Positions 28,254 to 37,868 of a stretch of 64,000 nt of DNA are shown here, piece by piece. The translations under genes were made by a program, and so were the position numbers. A model generated the notes under the pieces. The model saw only the letters and a list, made by a program, of their open reading frames with translations. It was not told the origin of the DNA and did no database searches. The DNA comes from Colwellia polaris. Its GTDB lineage: Archaea; Nanohalarchaeota; Nanosalinia; Nanosalinales; Nanosalinaceae. The stretch lies in NCBI GenBank assembly GCA_047617785.1, contig JBLGBK010000003.1:1-64000 (forward strand). Direction: 5' to 3'. Positions within the stretch are counted from its first letter, which is position 1. Every line of letters begins with the position of its first letter.

Positions 28254-28895
28254 TCACTTATTCGAGGGTTCGATTTCTGTGCCTTCAGCCTGTTCAGGGT
28301 CAACAATATTCTCGTTAGTCGCGTAGAAAACTTTGGTCGAGATATTTGATCTCTCAATCAGCCGGATCGCAGCCTCATCTACAACCGAGTAAGTTCCTGG
28401 CTCATTTCGTCCTCCAGCCAGTTCAAGAAGTTTGTCCGTAGTGATGGAATCAAACTTCTTAGCGCTGTCGTCCTTCTCTGGATCAGCTGAGTAGATGCCA
28501 TCAACGCGTGTAGCGATATACAGTTCGGCATCAAGAAGCTCCGCTACTGTTGCAGCAACAGCATCGGTCGAATAACCGGGCACAAGTCCGCCGGTTACAA
28601 CATTTTTTCCTGTCGAAGCTGCTTTCTGAACTTCTTCAGGTTTCTCAGGAACTTCAGGGTAGGTGTTGTCTATCTCGGTGATAAGTGTCTGTGCATGTAG
28701 ACGTGTGGCTTTGATCCCGATAAGATCTTTTTCCCCTTTATTACCTTCTACAGCTTTCTGATATTTGCTTAGTCCTCCTGCGCCGGTTACAACTACTATC
28801 TGTTCGCTGTTCTGGTTGATTGATTCGGCAAATTCTCCGATTTCGTCTAGTTTGTTTCTGATTATTGATCCGCTGACTGCAAATACTTTTGTCAT
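28254..28895 (-). CDS. pyrH: UMP kinase (archaeal type)
   Basis: SGS, VVVTGAG, DLIGIKATRLHA, PGYSTDAVAA and VDGIYSADP. Confidence 0.9.
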   Translation of the reverse strand: MTKVFAVSGSIIRNKLDEIGEFAESINQNSEQIVVVTGAGGLSKYQKAVEGNKGEKDLIGIKATRLHAQTLITEIDNTYPEVPEKPEEVQKAASTGKNVVTGGLVPGYSTDAVAATVAELLDAELYIATRVDGIYSADPEKDDSAKKFDSITTDKLLELAGGRNEPGTYSVVDEAAIRLIERSNISTKVFYATNENIVDPEQAEGTEIEPSNK

Positions 28896-29563
28896 TCTAC
28901 TACCTCTGCGTTTCCACGGTTTACAAGTATTTCGGCGTTCTCCTCGGGTATCGCTGCTTTCTCGCCTTCATCAAATGGTCCATATGGTTCTAAGTCTGTG
29001 CCCATGAATTCTGGGACCTCAGAAGTTATCTTTACTTTCTCATAACCGTCTTCTACTTCCTCTTCTGAAGTTTTCTCTTCTTCCTCTTTCTCTGTCTCAT
29101 TTTCTATTCTCTCAGGTTCTCCGCTTGGTTCGGCTATTTCTTCCTCTGAGCTGCTTTCCGTATTCGTTTCTTCAGCAGTGGTTGTTTCTTGTACTTCTGT
29201 ATCAACTTTCTGGACGGATGTTGTGTCTATACGGTCTTCTATGCGTCCTCTGTGCTGTTTGAACTCTTTCTTTATCTCGCGGAAAAGTTCTTGTTCGCTT
29301 GGTAGAAGATTGAGATTGCCTGCGTTCAGATCTGTTTTTACTGCGATCTGTGCTTGTCTGTATATTTTTTTCTCTCTGAGAGATATTATTTTGTCGAATA
29401 CACGTTTGGCGTTATTGTATTCTCTTTGTTCGCCTAGTTCTTCTTTGTTAGAAAGGTATTCGGATACTTGTCGGAAGAAGTTATCATCCAGTTCGGTTAG
29501 TTCTTCCTGGCGTTTCTCGGATTTCTGTACTTTCCGGAGTTCGCTGAATGTCAGTGGATCCAT
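28892..29563 (-). CDS. gins: GINS complex subunit (Gins51-type)
   Basis: LTELDDNFF, REKKI, acidic linker, B-domain PEFMGTDLEPYGPF...IPEENAEILVNRG; follows the primase gene. Confidence 0.88.
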   Translation of the reverse strand: MDPLTFSELRKVQKSEKRQEELTELDDNFFRQVSEYLSNKEELGEQREYNNAKRVFDKIISLREKKIYRQAQIAVKTDLNAGNLNLLPSEQELFREIKKEFKQHRGRIEDRIDTTSVQKVDTEVQETTTAEETNTESSSEEEIAEPSGEPERIENETEKEEEEKTSEEEVEDGYEKVKITSEVPEFMGTDLEPYGPFDEGEKAAIPEENAEILVNRGNAEVVE

Positions 29564-29600
29564 TTTCTATAGAAATAGTCACAGTGTAAACTTTTTTACC

Positions 29601-30998
29601 TTACTCAATCTTCCGAACTTTCTTATCCTCGTCATTATTACAGCTACGAACATGTTTCTTATACCACTGATTCTCATCGGAATACTCTTTACCGCAATAA
29701 GGACACTGAACACTGTTATCGCTGCCTTTATCGCTATTTGAGTCATCTCCGCCGCGATTGGCTTTCCGGAATGCGTAGCTTACAGGGTTGGGAACTTTTT
29801 CCTCAAGGTTGTCGCCTTCGTATACTTGCATATCTTTGTAGTAACCTTTGGAATCATAGTTTGGAGGTGGAACTGTTTCACCACGCTTCTTATGCCAGTT
29901 TAACTGTCCTTTCACGTAGCTTTCACGTAGCTCTTCCTTATTCTCTTCGTTCCATTTCCATATTTTGGATTCGACCTCTTCCCAGGAGTAACCTATTGTT
30001 CGGAAGAAGTTGATCAGTATGAATAATGCGCGTTTCCTACCATCTTCTAAACCTTCAAGTATATTGTTTATTGTCGGAGGGAAGTATTTTTCAGGAATGG
30101 CCTCTTCAGGTCGGTCAAAGTCCTTCTCCTCATTCTTAATCCGTTTTTCATGCTTTTCTTGCCGTCTTTCCTCTATAAAGTCTAAGGCTTGGACAACTAG
30201 GTTCCGTGCTTCGTCTTCCTCATAGCTGTCGAGGAATCCTGATTCGAAGTCGATGTTATCGATTTTTGCGTCTTCCTTTTCGAAATTTGGTATTTCTTCG
30301 ATCTTGATTGGTTTGGATACTAACCAGCTCTTATCGTTGATAGAATAAGGCATTCTGAAGAGATGTCTTTGTCCCCAATCGTTCTCCACGTCAGCTACTT
30401 GGAAGGGGTCAACGCCGTCGTCAGTCTGTATTTCTTCTTCAAATCCGTACTCCTTTACGAGCTTTTCTACCTCGTCTCGTATGTTTTCGCGTATGTAGTC
30501 GATTATTCCTCGTGGAAGTTCCGGATAGTGGTCGGCTAGTTCTGTTTCCTCTGCTTCTTCAGGAAAGGCCTCCTGTCTTACGCCGATGTGGAAGCCTCGA
30601 TTTCCTGAGAATTTTACTGAGATATGGTCTATGCCGTGATGCTGTATTTCCTGTATTACGAGCTGTGCTACTTCCTTGGATAGTTCAAAGCTGTGATCGC
30701 AGTCGATATCGATTACTAGGTCCCAGCCGGTTCTGAGGTCGTTCAGGTTGCTGACTTTATCGATTAGAAGAGGGTTTCTCCAGTGTTCAACTGATGCATG
30801 GAATGCTATTGCACCATCTTCAACAAGCTGTGTGAAGTCGCCTGGAAAGTTGATTGCATCAGGGCGTTTTCCGTAACCCTGCGGGTATGTAGGAGCAATT
30901 TCTCGGTACTGGCAGAGTTCTACTATCTTTTCTACAAGCTCTTCCTGCTGGTAGTACTGCCTTATTTTCCAGTCTTGTGGTTTCTCCTGTTCCCCCAT
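29601..30998 (-). CDS. priSL: Fused DNA primase PriS-PriL with C-terminal Zn finger
   Basis: PriS motifs WDLVIDID, FSGNRGFH and HLFRMPYS; PriL-CTD-like FPPTINNILEG..GRKRALFILINF...PPPN...NPVSY; CPYC..H..C tail. Confidence 0.9.
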   Translation of the reverse strand: MGEQEKPQDWKIRQYYQQEELVEKIVELCQYREIAPTYPQGYGKRPDAINFPGDFTQLVEDGAIAFHASVEHWRNPLLIDKVSNLNDLRTGWDLVIDIDCDHSFELSKEVAQLVIQEIQHHGIDHISVKFSGNRGFHIGVRQEAFPEEAEETELADHYPELPRGIIDYIRENIRDEVEKLVKEYGFEEEIQTDDGVDPFQVADVENDWGQRHLFRMPYSINDKSWLVSKPIKIEEIPNFEKEDAKIDNIDFESGFLDSYEEDEARNLVVQALDFIEERRQEKHEKRIKNEEKDFDRPEEAIPEKYFPPTINNILEGLEDGRKRALFILINFFRTIGYSWEEVESKIWKWNEENKEELRESYVKGQLNWHKKRGETVPPPNYDSKGYYKDMQVYEGDNLEEKVPNPVSYAFRKANRGGDDSNSDKGSDNSVQCPYCGKEYSDENQWYKKHVRSCNNDEDKKVRKIE

Positions 30999-31130
30999 CT
31001 GTTTAATTCACTTTAATTTGTGAAAAGGTAAAAAGCCGTTTGATACACTTGGTTTTTTCTGCTGCACGTATTGGCCGCTGATGCCGTAGAAAGCAGTAAA
31101 TTAAAGGTAAAGAAAGGTTGAGAAGGAAGT

Positions 31131-31883
31131 TTAATCTTCCTCGATTCTTGGTGCGAGAACAAAGCTTAGATTGGCTTCGTCAGGGATAACGAATTCAAGT
31201 CGCATTGGGAAGTCCTGTCCTAGTTTCATTGTTACCTGTTTGGACAGTTTCTTTCCACCAATCATCTTGGATAGGTAGTCTAGGCTGAACATGGATTTGG
31301 CTTCTCCGCCTTCTAGTTCAAGTACTCCTGGTGAGTCGCCGGTGATTGTGAATGATGCGTCGCTCTGATCGCCTTCTGCGCTGATGTTGATTTTTTCGTC
31401 GTCTGCGGTTACTGTTACAGAGTCGGATACAACCATTGCGTCCTTGATGGCGCTTTCAAGCACTGATGTTTCCAGTTCTGCTTCGACTGTGAAGTCAAGT
31501 TGGTCTGTGCTTGGGATGTCGTCTTCGGAAAGGTTTAGTATTGGTAGTGAGAAGTTTCGTGTGGAAGAGCTTTCCATTGTGATGTGGAACTTTGAGTTTT
31601 CTTCATCAAGTTCGAAGGTTAGTGTGTCGTCGCTGTTTGCTCTTCTGAGGATTGAGTAGAAGTTTTCTAGGTTTAGCCCGACTTTGGTTTCTTCGTCAAG
31701 TTCGTAGCTGTCGAATACGTCTTTTTCTATTTTGAAGTCGACTAGTCCGACCATTGCTGGATCTGCTGCGACTAGTTTGATTCCGTCTTCCTGCAGCTGG
31801 AAAAGTCCTTCGCTGATCAGGTCGGATACGGTTTTCATGGAGTCTTTGATGAGGCTTACTTCTTCTATTTCTGCTTTGAACAC
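31131..31883 (-). CDS. pcn: Sliding clamp PCNA
   Basis: DPAMVGLVD, FSLDYL, GQDFPMRLEF and FVLAPRIEE; probable GTG start after AGGTG RBS. Confidence 0.97.
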   Translation of the reverse strand: MFKAEIEEVSLIKDSMKTVSDLISEGLFQLQEDGIKLVAADPAMVGLVDFKIEKDVFDSYELDEETKVGLNLENFYSILRRANSDDTLTFELDEENSKFHITMESSSTRNFSLPILNLSEDDIPSTDQLDFTVEAELETSVLESAIKDAMVVSDSVTVTADDEKINISAEGDQSDASFTITGDSPGVLELEGGEAKSMFSLDYLSKMIGGKKLSKQVTMKLGQDFPMRLEFVIPDEANLSFVLAPRIEED

Positions 31884-31898
31884 TGAAAACACCTATTG

Positions 31899-32231
31899 TT
31901 ATTGAGTAGTGTTAACAACTTTTTTAACTTTGTTGTGGAGTTCGGAGTCGATGCTAGAGAAGTCCTGCACGATCTCTCCCTGTACTTCAAAGCTGTCAGG
32001 AGTTGGCAATACTCTACCAAGAACGCGGATCCGATCCTGTTCCTCAACATCATCAAGTAGGTCTTCTTCTAGGAATACTTCTGTGCTTCCTGTTCCGTCG
32101 TCAAGTGTTAGTGAGTCTTCGGATTTGGAAAGTACTGTACCTACTATTCTTACACGGATATCGGACTCAGGTGATATATCTTCGATGTCCCGTGGTTCGG
32201 CTGCAGCTCTTCTCTGTCTTTCTTCTGGCAT
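31899..32231 (-). CDS. Single-OB-fold RPA small subunit (Rpa3/RPA14-like)
   Basis: RVRIVGTV, LDDGTG, RVLGRV and EIVQDFS followed by a C-terminal helix. Confidence 0.8.
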   Translation of the reverse strand: MPEERQRRAAAEPRDIEDISPESDIRVRIVGTVLSKSEDSLTLDDGTGSTEVFLEEDLLDDVEEQDRIRVLGRVLPTPDSFEVQGEIVQDFSSIDSELHNKVKKVVNTTQ

Positions 32232-32315
32232 ACTCAGAAAAACTCATCTAAATGTTTTAACTCTTCCCCGGATTTTCCGAAGTTTCAAATACCACCAGCT
32301 AGAAACTTTACCTAA

Positions 32316-32909
32316 ATGGATCTAACTGGAAAGAAAGCAGAACAGGCAGCAGAAGGCGTGCAAAATATTTCGCAGCGCCTGGAGCAGCTGGAATCTCATC
32401 TGAACGCTGTAGACGATGCGGTGCAAGACAACCAGAATAAGATCCAGAATATTTCTGCTATAGAGGATAAAGTTGAGAATCTCAGGTCACAACTAGGAAG
32501 CTACTTCACAAATTATCATAACAGAATCAACACTTTAGAAGACGCCAAAGATTCTATGCAGCAGGATGTTGACAGTAACTCCGATCGCCTATCCGGTCTC
32601 GAGCAGATGAATATTAAGCTTGAAGATAGACTGGATGAGATTGAAGATAAAGTTAAACGGAATGAAGAGAGTTTAGAAGATCTTAAAACTAAAGTCGATG
32701 GTTTGAAAGAAGACATAGATAATCTAGATGCTAGAAGCGAACAGGAAGGGGTATCTGAATTCAAGGAGCAACTTGGCCAAAAACTTGACCGCACAAGGTT
32801 TACTAATCGTCAGAGAGCAGTTAATCACGAGATCAACAAATTAAGAACCTCTATAAATGCATTAGCGGATAGTATAGATGAAAATGATAAAATAGAGGTT
32901 GATGAATAA
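32316..32909 (+). CDS. Long coiled-coil hypothetical protein
   Basis: Continuous heptad pattern over most of 197 aa; no TM segment. Confidence 0.75.
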   Translation: MDLTGKKAEQAAEGVQNISQRLEQLESHLNAVDDAVQDNQNKIQNISAIEDKVENLRSQLGSYFTNYHNRINTLEDAKDSMQQDVDSNSDRLSGLEQMNIKLEDRLDEIEDKVKRNEESLEDLKTKVDGLKEDIDNLDARSEQEGVSEFKEQLGQKLDRTRFTNRQRAVNHEINKLRTSINALADSIDENDKIEVDE

Positions 32910-32949
32910 CCTCTAACATGTTTCTAAGTATAGTAGGCTCTATATTAGC

Positions 32950-33282
32950 CTAGTCGTATTCTTTGTGGACATTACTGCACTCTGTACATCTATAAAATCG
33001 GGTTGGCGGTTCGTCTGATGCTCTTGTCTGTTCCATCCAGAATTCGCATTCCATGTTCCCACATTTGGGACACTCTTTCTCGGTAGTAGGGTTCATGGTT
33101 TCGCTGTCTCCTTCTTCGTTAACATTCAGCCGATCCATTGGATCGTCTTCTTTTTCTTCGGTTACTTTGTAATCTTCTTCGTTTGCTTCCTGAATTTCTC
33201 CGCAGTTGCGGCATTTCATGACAGTTCCGTCATCGGTTTTCTCAGAGACAAGCATGCCTCCACATTCGTCACAGAAGTCCAT
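32950..33282 (-). CDS. tfs: Transcription factor S (TFS/RpoM)
   Basis: FCDECG...CRNCG and CPKCG..QTRASDEP.TRFYRCTEC. Confidence 0.96.
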   Translation of the reverse strand: MDFCDECGGMLVSEKTDDGTVMKCRNCGEIQEANEEDYKVTEEKEDDPMDRLNVNEEGDSETMNPTTEKECPKCGNMECEFWMEQTRASDEPPTRFYRCTECSNVHKEYD

Positions 33283-33324
33283 GGTTAGGAAGAATTATCG
33301 AGAAATTTTTTTATACCTATTACC

Positions 33325-34038
33325 TTAAACGGTTTCTTGGCATACTGGGTAGGTGTCAAAGAGTATAGGTTTACCTCCATTCAAACCAAGGAAGTCCATT
33401 GCTAGGAGCTTTACACCACCTAATCTTGGGATGCGGAAAATGGAGGTGCCGTATATCTGTTCTGGCTCAACGCGTTTCTCGAATGGTATCTGTTTCGGGT
33501 TATTGTCTCCTTTGGTCTCTAGGTAGGTCTCTTCTTTCTCTATAACGCGATGTACTACTGGTATGTCCATACCTGCTGCATAATTCAGCCGGATGTTAGT
33601 TCCTCTTGAAATTGTTTCTCCGATTTCCATGCGGACTGTTTCTCCTTCTATATCGAGTAAGGCGTATCCACCTTCCTCTGTTGACTGAGCTCCGATTAAA
33701 GTTATTTCTCCTGCTGCTGTTTCCGCGGAGGTGTTACTGCTATCAAGGTTTACTTTTTCTCCTCCTACTGATAGAACGGCTTGTTTATCCACATTGTAAA
33801 CAACAATATCCTCCTCTTCTATTTGATCAAAATCTATGCCATTTACAAGCAATATATCGCCAACATTCAACGCGGGGTACATGGAACAGGAGACTACTGA
33901 AACGACAGGTCTTTCAGTTCCCATGACTGTTCCTGCGGTTTGAAGGCTACCGAACGCAAGTAAAACTGCTATAGTTAGGAAGAAAAACGTATCCAGATAT
34001 TCTGTGGCTTCTTCAGGTATTATTTCTGGATCCATCAA
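33325..34038 (-). CDS. Signal peptidase I (S26B/Sec11-like)
   Basis: N-terminal TM, VVSCSMYP (catalytic Ser), GD, VVHRV, TKGDNN and RIPRLG. Confidence 0.88.
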   Translation of the reverse strand: MMDPEIIPEEATEYLDTFFFLTIAVLLAFGSLQTAGTVMGTERPVVSVVSCSMYPALNVGDILLVNGIDFDQIEEEDIVVYNVDKQAVLSVGGEKVNLDSSNTSAETAAGEITLIGAQSTEEGGYALLDIEGETVRMEIGETISRGTNIRLNYAAGMDIPVVHRVIEKEETYLETKGDNNPKQIPFEKRVEPEQIYGTSIFRIPRLGGVKLLAMDFLGLNGGKPILFDTYPVCQETV

Positions 34039-34074
34039 TAAAGAGAAGATAGGTAAGAAGTTACTTTAAACTGT

Positions 34075-34317
34075 TCAAATCTGGCTCTGAAGCTCGTCAA
34101 CCCAGTCCTTAGCTGTCTCTACTGCCTGATTGAGGTCGTCTTCAGGTGTGTCGGATACTACTACAAGGTTTGATTCGTCGCCCAGCGGGTGGCCTTTGTC
34201 GTATCCAGCTTCGCTCCCGTTCTGCCATAGAGCTTTACGTACAAGGTTTGCTACAGTATGGTTTCTATCCATGTCGATGATAAGCCTGTCGTCCTTTTCT
34301 ACAGTTGTAATGTCCAT
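34075..34317 (-). CDS. rpoL: RNA polymerase subunit Rpo11/L
   Basis: HTVANLVRKAL and AGYDKGHPL; size and position upstream of tfs. Confidence 0.88.
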   Translation of the reverse strand: MDITTVEKDDRLIIDMDRNHTVANLVRKALWQNGSEAGYDKGHPLGDESNLVVVSDTPEDDLNQAVETAKDWVDELQSQI

Positions 34318-34329
34318 AGTATAAGTTTG

Positions 34330-34935
34330 TCAATCCTCCTGTTCTGCTATTATAATATCCACTTCGATTTCTTGGCTTGCCTCGGTATGGAAGCCAAAAG
34401 TCGGTGGAAGCGACACCGTGTAGCCTTCAGTAGCTACAACTCTAAAACCTGATTTCTCTACAAAATCTTTTATAACTGAACGCTTACCGTGTGGAGAAAC
34501 TGCATAAACCTTAGAACCTGTTTCAACAGCTTTCTGCCAGAACTTCATCCCTAGCTCGCTGTGAACAGAAAACGGAGGGTTCATCACAACGGTGTCAGAA
34601 TCTAACTCGATACTCTCAACATCCTTGTTTAATATACTGAATTCTACGCCAAACGTTTCTCTATTCTTTTTCAAGGATTTAATAGCTTCTTCATCCTTTT
34701 CAATAGAAGTAACCTTTCCGTTAAGAAGAGAGGCTCCTATAGAAAGAATCCCTGTACCTGCGCCCAGGTCGACAACTTTCTTTCCTTCGATATCGCCTTG
34801 CATATATGCAGTATGCAATAAATCGGCAGCGAGGCTGGCAGGGGTAATATACTGTTCCAGCTTGACTTTAGGATTCTCAAAGTCTTCTACTTTTGAAAGC
34901 TTACGGGCTAAGTGGCTTTTCCTCACAGCGAACAA
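34330..34935 (-). CDS. METTL5-family RNA methyltransferase
   Basis: FENPKVKLEQYITP, VDLGAGTG, MNPPF and FGFHT. Confidence 0.92.
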   Translation of the reverse strand: MFAVRKSHLARKLSKVEDFENPKVKLEQYITPASLAADLLHTAYMQGDIEGKKVVDLGAGTGILSIGASLLNGKVTSIEKDEEAIKSLKKNRETFGVEFSILNKDVESIELDSDTVVMNPPFSVHSELGMKFWQKAVETGSKVYAVSPHGKRSVIKDFVEKSGFRVVATEGYTVSLPPTFGFHTEASQEIEVDIIIAEQED

Positions 34936-34984
34936 ATTTCCGACAGTACTGATTTAAGATTAAGCAAGCCATACCCGAAAAGTA

Positions 34985-36607
34985 ATGTCCGAGTACGAAG
35001 ATCTATCCCGAGAAGAACTTATAGAATTGCTTCAAGAGCAGGAAAAACAAGATCAGGTGGTTTTCTTTGAACCACAGAGAGAGATAATAGTATCTGAACC
35101 TGGAGAAGAAACACTTCATGAACTTTCAAGCATAGCACACATGGAAACATCTTCCGAGAGTCATTACAAGTTCCAGGTTCGGGAAATGGACGTATGGAAC
35201 TCGGATAGATCTCTTGAAGAGATGAAAGAGGCATATACACGTATAGTAGGAAATTATCCAAGCTTTCTGGAATGGATTGAAAGAACATACGAGCGCCAGG
35301 AAATCTTCTCAATTGAACACAAAGGACGTTACCATGCTCTTGAATCCACGGATGCAGAAAGAATGGAGTGGGCGAGAGGAATAGACAAGGTAAGAAAGAA
35401 CCTGGCAGTAGATCTATCAGATACTTCTTCAAGAATAAAGATGGGGTCAAAGGCCAGAGCAGAGATCAAGGAAGCACTTCTTAAGAAAGGGTATCCGGTA
35501 GAAGACAACTCCAAGTTCCGAGAAGTCGACGAGAAAATTGGGTGCGATCTTACAATCGATCTCAGAGAATATCAGCAAGAATATGTTGATAAAGCATACG
35601 ACGAACGCGCAGCCGTTCTAGCCAACCCTGCAGGATCCGGTAAAACAGTTACGTCTATAGGATTGATGGCAAAGATCGATGCTCCAACACTTGTTCTTGT
35701 ACCGCAGAGATCGCTTGTAAACCAGTGGAAACGAGAAATACTAGACAAAACAACGCTCACAGAGGATCAAATTGGTGAATACCACGGCGGCCAAAAGAAA
35801 ATGAAAGATGTAACTATAGCAACCTACCACATGGCTGCAGAAAAAACGTCATTGTTCAGAAAGGACTGGGGTCTAATCATCTTCGACGAAGTACACCATA
35901 TTCCATCCAAGATGTTCAGAAAGACCGCAAATCTCCAGTCGACGCGTAGAATCGGTCTATCAGCCTCTCCTGTCCGAGAAGACAATAAGGAAAGAGAAAT
36001 ATTTGCTTTGATAGGAAAAGAAATCGGTGGAGAATGGGCTCGCTTCTTCCAGGAAGGACACGTTGTTAAACCGGATGTAGAGCTACGTTTCGTTGAGTTT
36101 GAATCCGACTACTACCGTAACAAGTACGAACAGGCTTCAGGAATCAAGAAAGCGATTGTAGCTTCGAAGAATCCGGCAAAGATCCCGCTTCTGGAGAAGC
36201 TTCTGGAGAAGCATGAAGGGGATAAGACAATTATCTTCTGTGACTGGATCGATCAGGGAGAACAGATTTCCGAACAGTTCGATATTCCTTTCGTCTCAGG
36301 AGAAACAGAATTCGAAGATAGAGAGGACTACTTCCAAAAATTCCGGGAAAACGAACTCACAACACTTATTGTATCAAGAATTGGAGATGAAGGGCTTGAC
36401 CTTCCTGACGCAGAGATAGGAATTGTTATGAGCGGACAAGGAGGAAGCCGAAGACAAGCAACACAGCGAGCAGGACGAGTAATGCGACCATTCGGAGATG
36501 CACAAGTCTATATGATAGCGACGAAAGGAAGTAATGAGGAAGACTTCGTCAAGAGACAGGTAGAATTGCTGAAAGAAAAAGGAGTTCCTGTAACTATCAA
36601 AGAATAA
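34985..36607 (+). CDS. xpb: XPB/Rad25-like SF2 helicase
   Basis: LREYQ, PAGSGKT, QW, DEVHH, GLSASPVRED, GDEGLDLPDA and QRAGRVMRP. Confidence 0.93.
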   Translation: MSEYEDLSREELIELLQEQEKQDQVVFFEPQREIIVSEPGEETLHELSSIAHMETSSESHYKFQVREMDVWNSDRSLEEMKEAYTRIVGNYPSFLEWIERTYERQEIFSIEHKGRYHALESTDAERMEWARGIDKVRKNLAVDLSDTSSRIKMGSKARAEIKEALLKKGYPVEDNSKFREVDEKIGCDLTIDLREYQQEYVDKAYDERAAVLANPAGSGKTVTSIGLMAKIDAPTLVLVPQRSLVNQWKREILDKTTLTEDQIGEYHGGQKKMKDVTIATYHMAAEKTSLFRKDWGLIIFDEVHHIPSKMFRKTANLQSTRRIGLSASPVREDNKEREIFALIGKEIGGEWARFFQEGHVVKPDVELRFVEFESDYYRNKYEQASGIKKAIVASKNPAKIPLLEKLLEKHEGDKTIIFCDWIDQGEQISEQFDIPFVSGETEFEDREDYFQKFRENELTTLIVSRIGDEGLDLPDAEIGIVMSGQGGSRRQATQRAGRVMRPFGDAQVYMIATKGSNEEDFVKRQVELLKEKGVPVTIKE

Positions 36608-36883
36608 GGTTAAACAGCTGTCTGATAAAAGATCCCTATACTTTCTGGGTGAAAATACCTGGTGCTGAATTAAAATCAGGGCCTATAACAGGATACTTGT
36701 TGTAAGAGAAGTAATCCCCGAGCTGAAGTGGCGTTCCCGAAGTCTGCTCGGTTATGGATATTGATGGACACTATTTCGTTGCAAAAGGTAATTCTGCATG
36801 TTACGTCCAATAAAGTGGTTCTTCAGAATTTTACGGATTCTGAATAAGTTGATTTTTCAAACTACTTCAACCAATTTTAGAAC

Positions 36884-37867
36884 ATGACGCTAATTAAAGC
36901 AGAAAATCTGGACAAGACCTTCCGCATCTACAACCAGGGCGAAGGAATCCGCGGATACCTCAAATCCTTCATCAGTAGAGATTACGAAGAAATACATGCA
37001 GTAGAAGATCTCAACCTGCAGATAGATGAAGGTGAGATGATAGGATATATTGGTTCAAATGGGGCAGGAAAAAGCACAACAGTCAAGATGCTGACTGGTA
37101 TACTAGAGCCATCTTCCGGTAATATAGAAGTAGATGGTCTAAATCCAAACAAAAACCGGAAGAAGAATGCGATGAATATCGGAGTTGTATTCGGCCAAAA
37201 AACACAGCTCTGGTGGGACCTACCCGTTAAAGAATCATTCAAACTTCTGAAAGAAATTTACGAAGTCGGCGATCAAGAATACGATAAGAGAATAGATGAG
37301 TTCGACGAAGTTCTCCAGCTTTCTGATTTCTGGGATCAACCTGTTAGAAAACTGAGTCTTGGTCAGAAGATGCGTTGCGAGCTAGCAGCAGCATTCCTTC
37401 ACCACCCGAAGATCGTCTACTTGGATGAACCGACTATTGGTCTCGACGTAGCGGTTAAGGAAAGGATAAGAGATTTTATCCGTAAAATGAACCAGGAAAA
37501 AGACATCACGGTAATGTTGACAACGCACGATATCGGTGATATAGAAGATTTGTGTGACAGAATTGTTGTTCTTGATAAAGGCAAGAAAATATACGACGGC
37601 CAGCTAGATGACTTAGTAAATCGTTTCTCCTCTAGAAGGCTTGTTCTAGAGACGGATGATACTATAAAGATAGAAATCGACGGTATAAAGGATATTCAGA
37701 CGCCTAACGGCAAAACAGAGATAGTTTTCGACCGTGAAATAATTTCCGCCGCTGATCTGATGAAAGAAGTGCTTGACAGATATGATGTCAGCGACTTCCA
37801 GATTAAAGAACCAGATATTGAAGCAGTAGTCAAGAAAATCTACAATGAAGGACTGGCTGAGGAATAA
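36884..37867 (+). CDS. ABC exporter ATP-binding subunit
   Basis: GSNGAGKST, VFGQKTQLWWDLP, LSLGQKMR, LDEPTIGLD and TTHD. Confidence 0.95.
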   Translation: MTLIKAENLDKTFRIYNQGEGIRGYLKSFISRDYEEIHAVEDLNLQIDEGEMIGYIGSNGAGKSTTVKMLTGILEPSSGNIEVDGLNPNKNRKKNAMNIGVVFGQKTQLWWDLPVKESFKLLKEIYEVGDQEYDKRIDEFDEVLQLSDFWDQPVRKLSLGQKMRCELAAAFLHHPKIVYLDEPTIGLDVAVKERIRDFIRKMNQEKDITVMLTTHDIGDIEDLCDRIVVLDKGKKIYDGQLDDLVNRFSSRRLVLETDDTIKIEIDGIKDIQTPNGKTEIVFDREIISAADLMKEVLDRYDVSDFQIKEPDIEAVVKKIYNEGLAEE

Positions 37868-37868
37868 A

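Noticed and set aside
31059-31096. GC-richer imperfect hairpin between pcna and primase as a possible H/ACA or other sRNA
   Set aside because: Pairing relies on many G-U pairs with no clear K-turn or ACA box; cannot be separated from a terminator or chance
13143-36607. Inteins in SufB, aIF5B, primase, XPD or XPB
   Set aside because: Lengths are normal and no intein boundary or LAGLIDADG motifs are present
36608-36883. 276-nt gap between xpb and the ABC ATPase as a hidden gene or ncRNA
   Set aside because: Only short start-less frames and no convincing structure or box motifs
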